A stretch of 64,000 nucleotides of DNA from Mobula hypostoma. Lineage: Eukaryota. The translations under genes and the position numbers were made by a program. Under the pieces are notes generated by a model, which saw nothing but the letters and a program-made list of their open reading frames with translations, made no database searches and was not told where the DNA came from. The stretch lies in the NCBI RefSeq assembly GCF_963921235.1, contig NC_086108.1, positions 110,362,001-110,426,000 of the forward strand, in the 5' to 3' direction. Each line of letters opens with the position of its first letter. The stretch's first letter is position 1. This document shows positions 26,015 to 37,458 of this stretch, one piece after another.

Positions 26015-26847
26015 TGTGACAAAAGACCAAGTTATCAGAAGATTGATGCTGATAAGAGAGACAAAGAGAGAAACACTCCAAATGTTAATGAGAGACAAGA
26101 GAGATTAATGAAAAGAGACACAGTTCCGATAATTGTCAGACCGGTTGCTTTGAACCTGAACTGTTTGAAGTTTGATGGACAGGCGATACCCCAGCAGGGG
26201 GATAAAAGGAACAGGTTCGCTAAGGCAAGCGACACACCACGACACCACGAGATAACGAGACCCTGGAAGTGTGTTGTGCCCCCCCCGCCCACAAGTTGGT
26301 GGAAGTGTTGGAGGTCTGGTCGCGGGACCGACCATAGACGCACAGGGTGGGAGGGTACGATCGGCGGGAACCTGGTGTGTGTGTCCGCCCTTGCCTGGGT
26401 GCCGGGTTCACCGCAGAAGAACGATCGTATCCGGAACGGAGGGGTCACAGTCGGTGACCTCAGAAGACATTACAAAGGGCTCGCCCGAAAGCTAACTGCG
26501 AGGAATATCAAAGGTCTGTTTGAATCCGATTTGAATATCATCATTTGCTCTCTCTCTCTCTCTCCCCAACGGCACAACAGCGATTACTGCGAACTGAACT
26601 AAACTGAACTGAACTCTGCGACTGATCATTTTACCCCTAGACTGCGATAGAGCTTGATTGATCCTATTATCTTAGTTCTGTGTACAGGTGTGTTTTATCA
26701 TTGCTAATCTGTTGCATTTATATCCTTATGATTAGAGTACTGTGTTACTTATTTCTTTAATAAAACTTTCTTAGTTCCAGTAATCCAGACTCCAACTAAG
26801 TGGTCCATTTCTGCTGGTTTGCCAACCCAGTTACGGGGTACGTAACA
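26015..26847 (+). repeat. 3' LTR (833 bp)
   Basis: Direct repeat of 21943-22789, preceded by a polypurine tract GAAGGGTAGGGG (26003-26014). AATAAA at 26759. Confidence 0.95.
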
Positions 26848-27210
26848 CACAGTACTTTGGGCCACCATGTTGTGCCAGACCTTTAACCAACTCCAAGGTC
26901 AATCTAACCCGTCCCTCTCACATAGCCCTGCATTGTTCTATCATCCGTGTGCTCATCTAAGAGTCTCTTAAATGTCCCTCGTATATCCGCCTCTACCACC
27001 ATCACTGGAAGTGCATTCCACACACCCTCCACTCTGTAAAAACCTACCACTGACACCCTATACTTTCTTCCCAATACCTTAAAGTATACCCCTTTACATG
27101 ACACCCTGACTTTTATCCCCAGTGTCCTGACTGATGAAGGCCAGCATGCCTAAAGCTGCCTTCACCACTGTGTCTTCCTCCCCTTTCAGGGAGCCATGTA
27201 CTAGTACTCA

Positions 27211-27388
27211 CAAACAGAAGAAATTCTGCAGATGCTGGAAATCCAGAGCAACACACACAAAATGCTGGAGGAACTCAGCAGGTCAGGCAGCATCTATGGA
27301 AAGGAATAAATACTTAACGTTTCATTCCTGATGAAGGGTCTTGGCTGGAAACATTGCTGAGTTCCTCCATCATTTTGTGTGTTGCTAT
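27211..27388. mobile_element. Decayed palindromic Penelope-derived element. Further relics at about 2615-2812, 7060-7112, 18712-18910, 43407-43600, 51102-51163 and 60050-60175.
   Basis: Shared CTGCAGATGCTGGAAAT..CACACAAAATGCTGGAGGAACTCAGCAGG and CCTGATGAAGGGTC motifs. Confidence 0.7.
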
Positions 27389-27832
27389 GAACAGTTATTA
27401 CCCCTCAACCATCAGGCTCTTGAACCAGAGGAGATAACTTTTCTCAGCTTTACTCACCCCATCACTGAATGGTTCCCATAACCTATGGACTCACTTTCAA
27501 GAACACTTCATCTCATGTTCTCGATTTTTATTGCTTATTTATTTATTATTGTTATTTTCTTTTTGTATTTGTACAGTTTGCTGTTTTTACAGGTAGATTG
27601 TCCATTTTTGTGCAGTTTTTCACTGATTCTGTTGTGTTTCTTTGTATTTTACTGTGAATGCCTACAAAAAAGTAAATCTCAGGCTTGTGATATATAGGTA
27701 TACTTGGAACTTGTACACAGTTCCTCTGTTCTGAAACATTAATTGGTAATCTGTAATTTTAAAGTGCCCATGAGGTCCACAGTACAAACTTGCATGGGAT
27801 CCCATTATCAAATGGCTGACACTCTACCTTAA

Positions 27833-28051
<219 letters not shown>

Positions 28052-28534
28052 TGACCTCTGAGATTGCATGAAGTGATTCCTGTCAGTATTGCTGTTCTTT
28101 TTTTGTCAGAATCAGGTTTAATATCACTTCTAGTGTCTTTCAATTCCAGACCATAGCCCTCCATACTCTCCCCATCAAAGTACTTATCCACGCTCTCTTA
28201 ACTGTTGAAATCAAACCCACATCCACATTCATTCTGCACTCACACCACCCTCTGAGTGAAGAAGTTGCTGCTGTTCTGTTCAGAAGACGTTTAGTTACTG
28301 ATTCTTTGCAATTTGAAATCTCGATGCTGCCCTCCTGTTCTGGTAAACTTCTGATGAGTAATTGTGTACATTTCTAGTCACCTATCTACAGGAAAGATTT
28401 CAATAAGACTGAAAGAGTGCAGAGAAAATTTACAAGGATATTGCAGGATTTGCAGACCTGACTTACAGGGAAAGTATAAGTAAGTTAGGACTTCATTCCC
28501 TCCTGCACAGGAAAGTGGGGAGATTTAATAGAGG

Positions 28535-28763
28535 GGGAGGGAACGTCGACTCAGACCATGAGAGGCCTGCATCGGGCATTTTCATACCTTACAAGGCGCA
28601 GATTGGAAGTCTGTGTGGGACGCCACTCCTCGCACAGACTACAGCAATGTGTGATTAAGTGCCTTGCTCAAGGGCACAAACACGCTGCCACAGCTGAGGC
28701 TCGAACTAGCGACCTTGAGATAACTAGATGAACGCCTTAACCACTTGGCCACGTGCCCAACAC
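28535..28763 (-). mobile_element. tRNA-derived CORE-type SINE
   Basis: Minus strand shows A box TGGCCAAGTGG, B box GTTCGAGCC and CORE-like GTGCCCTTGAGCAAGGCACTTAA. Perfect 13-bp TSD GATTTAATAGAGG at 28522-34 and 28764-76. Confidence 0.85.
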
Positions 28764-28813
28764 GATTTAATAGAGGTACACAAAATTGTGAGGGGTAGAG
28801 GTAGGGTAATTGC

Positions 28814-29010
28814 AAGCAACACACATCAAAGTTGCTAGTGAACGCAGCAGGCCAGGCAGCATCTCTAGGAAGAGGTGCAGTCGACGTTTCAGGCCGAGAC
28901 CCTTCGTCAGGACTACACCTCTTCCTAGAGATGCTGCCTGGCCTGCTGCGTTCACCAGTAACTTTGATGTGTGTTGCTTGAATTTCCAGCATCTGCAGAA
29001 TTCCTGTTAG
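28814..29010. mobile_element. Palindromic Penelope-derived short element
   Basis: Near-perfect inverted arms of about 65 bp around a hammerhead motif. TTGCAAGCA is duplicated at 28810-18 and 29011-19. Confidence 0.8.
28879..28914 (-). ncRNA. Minimal type I hammerhead ribozyme motif (Penelope type, loopless palindromic stem III)
   Basis: Minus strand reads AGUC-CUGACGA-AGG(GUCUCGG)CCU-GAAAC-GUC/GACU: stem I AGUC/GACU, core CUGANGA and GAAA, stem II AGG/CCU, GUC cleavage triplet. Confidence 0.8.
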
Positions 29011-30675
29011 TTGCAAGCAGTCTTTTTCCACAGAGGTTGGGTGAGATTAGAACTCGTCATGGGTTAAGGGTGAAAGGTGAAATGTTTAAGAGGAACATGA
29101 AGGGGAACTTATTCACTCAGAGGTGTTGTGAGTGGGGAGCGAGTTGCCAATGGAAGTGGTGGACAGAAGTTGGATTGCAGTATCAAAGAGAAGTTTGGAT
29201 AAGTCCATGGAGGGCTATGGTGCATGTCAATGGTACTAGGCAGAATAACAGTTTGGCACAGACTAGATGGGACAAAGAGTGGTTCCGTAGTGCTCTGTGA
29301 CTGTAATTATATCCCAAAAGAGACAGCCACAACCTTTACAGCTGGCTAAATTCTGCCCCCAGCTGTGCTAGATGTCATAGGATATTTTGGGGACTGGACC
29401 TCTGGCGTTTTGCCACCGGGAGTCCTTGCACCATCCAAGAACACACCTGGAATCCAGTGAGTGAAGTGGTGCACCACGGTAGTATAGCAGTTAGCGCAAC
29501 ACTATTACAGCTTGGGGTGTCAGTTTCGAGTTCAATTCCAGTGTACTCTGTAAGCGAATCTGCATATTGTTTCCCATGTATGCGTGGGTTTTCTCCAGGT
29601 GCTGCAGTTTCCTCCCACTGTCCAAAGATGTACGGTTTAGTAGGTTAATGTGTCATTGTAAATTGTCCTGTGATGAGGCTAGGGTTAAATAGGTGGGTTG
29701 CTGGGCAGTGCAGCTCAGTGGGCCAGAAGGGCCTGTTTCGTGCTGTGTCTTTAAGTTAAAATAAAAATGGGCCTGGATCAGTTCCATCCACAAAATGCAG
29801 CTGCCCTTAATTTGTAAGAATTTGGGTAATTGGAGTCTGAGTTACAAGGTACAGGAAATGATATTGTTGCTCCGTATAAATGAACTGCACAGATGTGCCT
29901 TGTGCGTGAGGTGTGTCTGCTGGACTGAAAGAGTTGAGCTCCAAGTTCCAGCCTGTGAGAACCAGGAATTATTTTAAAAGTGCCCAGCTTTAGGACGTAC
30001 AGCACTAAAGCATGGGAACTGGTTACAGGGAGAAGGCAGGAGAACGGTGCGCCATGATAGTGTAGCAGTAGCACAGGGCGTTGTTTGTAGTTCAATTCCA
30101 ACGCTGCCTGTAATGAGTTTGTATGTTCTCCCCGTGACCAAGTGGGTTACCTCCAGGTGCTCCAGTTTCATTCCACGTTTCAAAGACATACCAGATAGTA
30201 CGTGGGTTAATTGGTCAGTTAAGGCTAGGGTTAAATAGGTGGGTTGCTGGGCGGTGTGGCACATTGGGCTTGTTCTGCGCTGTATTGCTAAGTAAATAAA
30301 TAAATAAAGTGGAGTTAATCAGGATAAAAAAATCAGCCATGATGGAATAGCAGAGCAGACTCAATGAGTTGAATGACTTAATTCTGCTTCTATGTCTCAT
30401 GGTCTAACAGGCCCTTCAGTCTATTTTGTTAACTAATTAAAGTAATGATTAAATCCCTACCTAAGCTAATCATTTCTTACATCATGTCCATATCCCTACA
30501 TTCTCTGCTTATTAATGTGTATGTATGTAGGGGTCTTTGAAACACCTCTGTATTTCCCTCCACTACCACCTCTGGCAACGAATTTCAGCAACATGGCACT
30601 CTGTGTACAAACAAATCTTGCCCCACACAGCCCCTTTGAACTTGCTCCTTTTTACCTTAAATTCATGCCCTCCAG

Positions 30676-31139
30676 TATTAGATGTTTCAACCCTGTGGAA
30701 AAGATATACCACCTGTTTATCCTATCTCTGTCTCCTGATCTTTTACACTTCTATCAGATCTCCCCTCAGCTTCCACGATTCCAGAGAAAACAACCCAAGT
30801 TTGTCCAAACTCTCTGCATAGTATGTGACCTTTAAACCAGGCAGCATCCTGATAAACCCCTACAGTACCCTGTCCAAAAGTCTCCACGTCCTTCCTATAA
30901 TGTGGTGACCAAAACTGTATGCACCCTAACCAGAGTTTTATAAAGCTGCAACGTAATTTTCGGACTCAAATGCTTCATCTGCTAAAGGCAAGCATACCAT
31001 ACAACTTTTTTTTAAACAGCGCAGCCACTTTCAGGTTCCTGTGGACTCACCCTAAGACCCTTCTGTACATTAGATGTAAGCATTGCAGAGTTAATGTTCC
31101 CCTTTGATATTATTTTCTCTCAAGTGATTTTAATAACCA
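30676..31139. repeat. Left copy of the long duplication flanking the L1
   Basis: 30676-30762 equals 38501-38587, and 30973-31139 approximately equals 38593-38758. Confidence 0.92.
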
Positions 31140-31898
31140 ATAGTTCTATTTCAATATTTTTATTAATATTATATAAATTACATAAATACAAATACAAAAT
31201 TCATAAGGATACTAGTAATACAAATTACATTACATTTAAATCACAGTAATATGATCACAAGTATCCCATATTCCAAATCAATCATGTAGAAAAAAAAGAT
31301 TGAATTATGAAATGAAATAAAATAAAATCATTGTATTTTATTTAAAAAATTATCTACCCCCACTACCAAAATGAGCTGGTTGGTAAAAAAAAAAGAGGAA
31401 AAAAAAGAAATACCTTACCATATAATATTATAATAATAATGGCTCAGATTCATACTTTAATTAGTTCAAAGATTATGAAAATAATTCAGAAAGGGTCCCC
31501 ATAACAGTAGAAAGTCATGTTTAGAATCAGAAATCGAACAACGAATCTTCTCCAGATCAAGGCACAACATAACATCAGACAGCCATTGAGCATGAGTGGG
31601 CCGGGGGCGGGGGGCTCCTTCCACCTGAGCAAGATCACCCTCCTGGCCATAAGAGACATAAAGGCCAATACCCGCAAATTAGATATTTTGTTGCACTATC
31701 CTCAACAATAGCAAACACGGCAGTCAAAGGATTGGGCTTAAAACTAGCATTAAAAAGTACAGAAAAAGTTTGAAATACATCTTTCCAAAATTTTTCAAGG
31801 CTCAGACATGTCTAAAACATATGAATTAGTGTGGCCACTCCATTAGTACATCTATCTGCGTAGAAACGAGAGAGCTTGTCTTTAGACATATGAACTCT

Positions 31899-32524
31899 TT
31901 ATACTTTATTGTCACCAAACAATTGATACTAGAGCGTACAATCATCACAGCGATATTTGATTCTGCGCTTCCCGCTCCCTGGATTACAAATCGATAGTAA
32001 ATATTAAAAATTTAAATTATAAATCATAAATAGGAAATAGAAAATGGAAAGTAAGGTTGTGCAAAAAAACCGAGAGGCAAGTCCGGATATTTGGAGGGTA
32101 CGGCCCAGATCCAGGTCAGGATCCGTTCAGCAGTCTTATCACAATTGGAAAGAAGCTGTTCCCAAATCTGGCCGTACCAGTCTTCAAGCTCCTGAGCCTT
32201 CTCCCAGAGGGAAGAGGGACGAAAAGTGTGTTGGCTGGGTGGGTCAGGTCCTTGATTATCCTGGCAGCACTGCTCTGACAGCATACGGTGTGAAGTGAGT
32301 CCAAGGATGGAAGATTGGTTTGTGTGATGTGCTGCACCGTGTTCACGATCTTCTGCAGCTTCTTCTGGTCTTGGACAGGACAACTTCCATACCAGGTTGT
32401 GATGCACCCTAGAAGAATGCTTTCTACGGTGCACCTATAAAAATTAGTGAGGGTTTTAGGGACAGGCCAAATTTCTTTAGTTTTCTCAGGAAGTAAAAGC
32501 GCTGGTGGGCCTTCTTGGCAGTGG
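31899..32524 (-). mobile_element. 5'-truncated Rex1/Babar-type LINE inserted in L1 ORF2
   Basis: TAKKAHQRFYFLRKLKKF..., IIKDLTHPANTLFVPLPSGRR..FGNSFFP. ACTCT is repeated at both junctions (31894-98, 32525-29). Removing the insert restores L1 LQFKLVHRVHMSK. Confidence 0.85.
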
Positions 32525-35500
32525 ACTCTGTGTACCAGTTTGAATTGTAATAAAGAATGATGAGCACATAATTTATCAATTTTAAAATAATCTTCCAGCT
32601 CTCTTCAGATATGAAAGTCTGTAAATCCTTTTCCCAGTCTCCTTTAATTTTATCTAAAGAGGCCTTTTTCAGTCCCAACAGCAGACCATAAATGTAAGAT
32701 ATTGAACCATTGTCAGAGGGTTTCAAATTAAAAATTGTATCTATTATATTCTTATCTGGACCTGTAGGAAATGTATGTAATTGAGATCTTTAAAAAATCT
32801 CTAATCTGTAAGTATGGAAAACAGTGGGTATTGGAAAGGTTAAATTTCTTTGAAAGTTGCACAAAAGAGGAGAGATTACCTCCATCAAATAAATTTAAAA
32901 GATAAGTTAATTAAAGATGGTTTAAAAAAACAATTAGTAAAGATGGGACTTGAGAGGGAGAATCTCAATAAACCAAAATGTTTTCTAAACTGTAATCAAA
33001 TCCTCAAAGTATGTTGACCACCACATTGTCAGTTAGTTTATTTAAAGATAAAGGAAGCAAGGATCCAAGTAAAGAAATATGGAAAATTTCATTACAGAGT
33101 TCACTTCCAAAGAATATAGGGCAATTCTCGTGGTTAACATAATATATCCAGAACATAATATTTCGTATATTAACTGCCCAATAATATAACCTAAAATTGG
33201 GTAAGGCAAAGCCTCCATTCGGTTTGGTTTTTTGAAGGTGAGCTTTATTTATACGAGGTTTTTTATTCTTCCATATATAGGAATAAAGAATTGAATCCAA
33301 AGAGTCAAAAAAAGATTTAGGAATAAAAACAGGCACAGTTGAAAAAGGTATATCAATTTAGGTAAGATATTTATTTTAATAGAATTAATTTGGCCAATCA
33401 GTGATAAGGAGAGAGGTGACCAATTAGAAAGTGTTTTTTGAACATAATTCATTAAAGTTAAAAAATTTTCCTCAAATAAATCTTTATAATTCTTAGTATT
33501 GTTTAGTATTATAATTGTTACTCCTAAATACGTAATTGTTTTCTTAAAATTTTAAAAGGAAGGTTAATATCAGTTGGTATTAAATTGTTTAAAGGAAGAG
33601 TTCACTCTTATGTAAATTTAATTTATATCTTGAGAACTGACTAAAATTAGTAAACGGAACACAAATGGTGAAGAGGTTGTAACATTAGATATAAAAAGCA
33701 GTAAGTCATCAGCATAGAGCGACACTTTATGGATAGTATCTCTCCTTAAAATACCAGTAATCTCTTTAGACTCTCGAAAAGCAATTGCTAAGGGTTCTAA
33801 TACCAAATCAAAAACCAGAGGGCTCAAAGGACAACCATGACTAGTTCCACGTTGGAGTTTAAAGGGTTTAGAATTCTGAAGATTAGTGAGAACCCGAGCG
33901 GAGGGAGATAAATAAAGTAATTTAATCCAATGAATAAAATTAGGTCCAAAATTAAATTTTTCTAAGGAGGTAAATAGATAATTCCATTCAACTCTGTCAA
34001 AGGCCTTCTCCGCATCCAAAGATATCACACATTCCGATATTTCCTTAGATGGAGAATGCATAACATTTAACAAATGCCGTATATTAAAATGGGAATATCA
34101 ATTTTTAATAAATCCTGTCTGATCATCCAAAGCTATAGAAGGTATAATATTTTCAAGTCTGCAAGCCAACACTTCAGATAAAATTTTAGTATCAAAATTG
34201 AGAAAAGAGATAGGTCTATACGGAGAACATTCAGTAGGATTCTTATTCTTTTTGAGAATAAGCAAAACGACTGCGGTAATCTTCCTACCTTAAAGGAATC
34301 TGTAAGGGTAGAACATAATTGTGGTACAAAGCCTTATGAAACTCTCCAGAGAATCCATCGGGTCCTGGGGATTTCCCAGAATGCAATACTCGAATAGCCT
34401 GAGCAATTTCCTCCTGGGAAATGGGTTGATCCAATTGCCTACGATCATCTATCGAAAGATTAGGAATATTTAATTGATCTAAAAACTTATTCATTGCAAT
34501 ATTATCCTTAACAGAGTCAGAACTATACAATTTGGAATAAAATTCCCTAAAAGTGTCATTAATTTCAAAGTGGTCAGTTGTCATGTCCCCATTAATTTTA
34601 CGTATTTCTTTAATTTGCCGCTTGGCTATAAATGGCTTCAATTGATTAGCCAGTAGCTTACCAGTTTTATCTCAGTGAATATAAAATTGACTTCTATCTT
34701 TTAAAAGCTGGCTTTCAATTGGATACGTTAAAAGAAGATCATATTTAGTTTTGGTTTCAATACGTATCTTATATGTTTCAGGATCAAGTACCGAAGCATA
34801 TTTATGGTCCAGTTGTTTTAACTGATTAGCTAGTTCATTTCTCTCTCTGTTAGCTTTTTTAATGATGTTTGCAGTATAAGAAATAATTTGACCCCGTATA
34901 TATGCTTTAAAAGTATCCCATATAATAAGGCTAGACGTCTCTTCCAACGTATTTTCTTCAAAAAAAAGAGTAACTTGATTCTCCATAAATTTTAAAAAGT
35001 CCTCATCAGATAACAGAGTTAAACTAAATCGCCAAAATCTACTCATAGGGATAGGACCAGGGAGATTTAAAGATAGGAGTACAGGAGAGTGGTCAGAAGT
35101 AGCAATCTCCTTATATTCGATCGATCGAACCAATGGAATTATTTGACTGTCAATAAAAAAATAATCAATCCTGGTATAAGAATGATGGACATGAGAGGAA
35201 AAAGAATGCTCCTTGTCTGTCGGATGAAGAAAATGCCAAGCATCAACTATATTATGCTGAACAAAGGAAACTATTATCTACAAAAATCAAAACTCCACGT
35301 GATTTTGCATTAAACGAAGAATGAAATTGCATACTCTTCTACCAAGTAAAAAAACGCAAGCTATCACAGCTGCGTATATGGGTTTCTTGTAAGAAAATAA
35401 TGGCTGCTTTTAATTTTTTAATATAAGCAAACACTTTGTTGTGTTTACTGGGGTGATTCAGCCTTTTCACATTCAAACTAAATAAGTTAATATTTCGAAC

Positions 35501-35854
35501 CATTTTAAATACAAATCATCATGTAATTAAAAGATCTGGCCATAAGTTATTAAAACTAGAAAGCAAACCGTAAGGTAAGGTTGTCAAACAGGCAATCATA
35601 TAATCAACCCAACACAGCTCCCAGAGAGAAATAAGCCCTATCCCCTCCCCACCCAAAGCAAGAAAGCTGACCGATAGACAGTCAGCGAGCTAACAACTAA
35701 GTTCCCTCCCCAAAAAATCCTGTTGACAGAAACTCCGATCCTACAAGGTCAAGTATGTCCCTACCAAGATACAGCATAAGAAGAAAAATAAGTCAGTATT
35801 CAAAAATATAAAAGGATCAGTTTAAACAAATTTAAAGAAAGCTATATTAAAATA

Positions 35855-37458
35855 GAAACCCCATTTCCAGAAAAGTTGGGATATTTTCCAAAATGCAATA
35901 AAAACAAAAATCTGTGTTATGTTAATTCACGTGAACCTTTATTTAACTGACTAAAGTACAAAGAAAAGATTTTCAATAGTCTTACTGACCAACTTAATTG
36001 TATTTTGTAAACATACACAAATTTAGAATTTGATGGCTGCAACACACTCAACAAAAGTTGGGACAGAGGCATGTTTACCACTGTGTTACATCACCTTTCC
36101 TTTTAATAACACTTTTTAATTGTTTTGGAACTGAGGATAATAATTGTAGTAGATTTGCAATTTGAAATTTTGTCCATTCTTGCTTGATATAAGACTTCAG
36201 CTGCTCAACAGTCCGTGGTCTCCGTTGTCTGATTCTCCTTTTCATGATGCGCCATACATTTTCAATAGGAGATAGATCTGGACTGGCAGCAGGCCAGTCA
36301 AGCACACACACACTGTGTCTACAAAGCCACACTGTTGTAGCCCGTGCAGAACGTGGTCTGGCATTGTCCTGCTGAAATAAGCATGGACTTCCCGGGAAGA
36401 GACGTTGCCTTGATGGCAACATATGTCTCTCTAAAATCCTAATATATGCCTCAGAGTCAATGGTACCTTCACATACATGCAACTCACCCATGCCATGGGC
36501 ACTGATGCACCCCCATACCGTCACAGATGCTGGCTTTTGCACCTTTCGCTGATAACAATCTGGATGGTCGTTTTCTTCTTTGGCACGGAGAACTCGACGC
36601 CCGTTTTTTCCAAAAACTAGCTGAAATGTGGACTCAGCTGACCACAGCACACAGTTCCACAGTCTTTCGGTCCATCTGAGATGAGCTCGGGCCCAGAGAA
36701 CTCACTGGCGTTTCTGCATAGAGTTGATCAATGGCTTCCTCCTTGCATAATACAATTTCAAGTTGCATTTCTGGATTCAGCACCAGACTGTGTTGAGTGA
36801 CAATGGTTTTCCGAAGTACTCCCGAGCCCAGGTGGCTATAATTGTCACAGTAGCATGACGGTTTCTTAAGCAGTGCTGCCTGAGGGCTCGAAGATCACGC
36901 GCATTCAACTGTGGTTTCCAACCTTGCCCTTTACTCACTGAGATGTCTCTGAATTCTCTGAATCTTTTCACAATATTATGTACTGTAGATGTTAAAAGAC
37001 CTAAATTCTCTGCAAACTTGCATTGAGAAATGTTCCTTTTGAACTGACTAACAATTCTCTCACGAATTTTGGCACAAAGGGGTGAGCCACGACCCATCCT
37101 TGCTTGCAAAGACTGAGCCTTTGATGGACGCTACTTCTATACCCAGTCATGATACCTCACCTGCTACCAATTAGCCTGCTTAATGTGGAGTCTTCCAAAC
37201 TGGTGTTACTTGAATATTCTGTGCACTTTTCAATCTTATTTTAACTCTGTCCCAACTTTTGTTGAGTGTGTTGCAGCCATCAAATTCTAAATTTGTGTAT
37301 ATTTACAAAATACAATTAAGTTGGTCAGTAAAACTATTGAAAATCTTTTCTTTGTACTTCTGTCAGTTAAATAAAGGTTCACGTGAATTAACATATCACA
37401 GATTTTTGTTTTTATTGCATTTTGGAAAATATCCCAACTTTTCTGGAAATGGGGTTTG
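35855..37458 (-). mobile_element. Complete Tc1/mariner DNA transposon (DD34E, IR/DR type), 1604 bp
   Basis: 214-bp TIRs (35855-36068 and 37245-37458), each with inner and outer AAAAGTTGGGA direct repeats. TA duplication at 35853-54 and 37459-60. Confidence 0.95.
36075..37097 (-). pseudogene. Tc1 transposase (340 codons, no frameshift, two premature TGA stops, first catalytic D changed to A)
   Basis: MGRGSPL..., WSAES (expected WSDES), WGCIS, QQDNA-34 aa-E in SPDLSPIENVW. ORFs 36777..37109 and 36075..36650 share a frame. Confidence 0.93.

Larger units (their letters stand above)
21943..26847 (+). mobile_element. Ty3/Gypsy LTR retrotransposon, Gmr1-type (PR-IN-RT-RH order), internally deleted
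   Basis: Two near-identical LTRs (TGTGACA...GTAACA). 4-bp TSD CACA at 21939-21942 and 26848-26851. PBS and PPT present. Gag/protease ORF plus pol remnants. Confidence 0.93.
28370..29300 (+). mobile_element. Old CR1 3' fragment hosting a CORE-SINE and a palindromic Penelope-derived element
   Basis: ERVQRKFTR-type and RHGLRVKGEMFKRNM..FTQR sequence continues across both inserts. Confidence 0.75.

Noticed and set aside
26108..26602. 164-aa ORF in the 3' LTR, and 167/113-aa ORFs in the 5' LTR, as an accessory gene
   Set aside because: The frame differs between the two LTRs because of indels in the poly(C) and (CT)n tracts. No recognisable domain.
21943..26847. Endogenous retrovirus, suggested by the tRNA-Pro PBS
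   Set aside because: No env, and the gag, protease and RT motifs and domain order are Gypsy/Gmr1-like.
28690..28763. tRNA gene on the minus strand
   Set aside because: It is the tRNA-derived head of a TSD-flanked SINE and continues into a CORE-like body.
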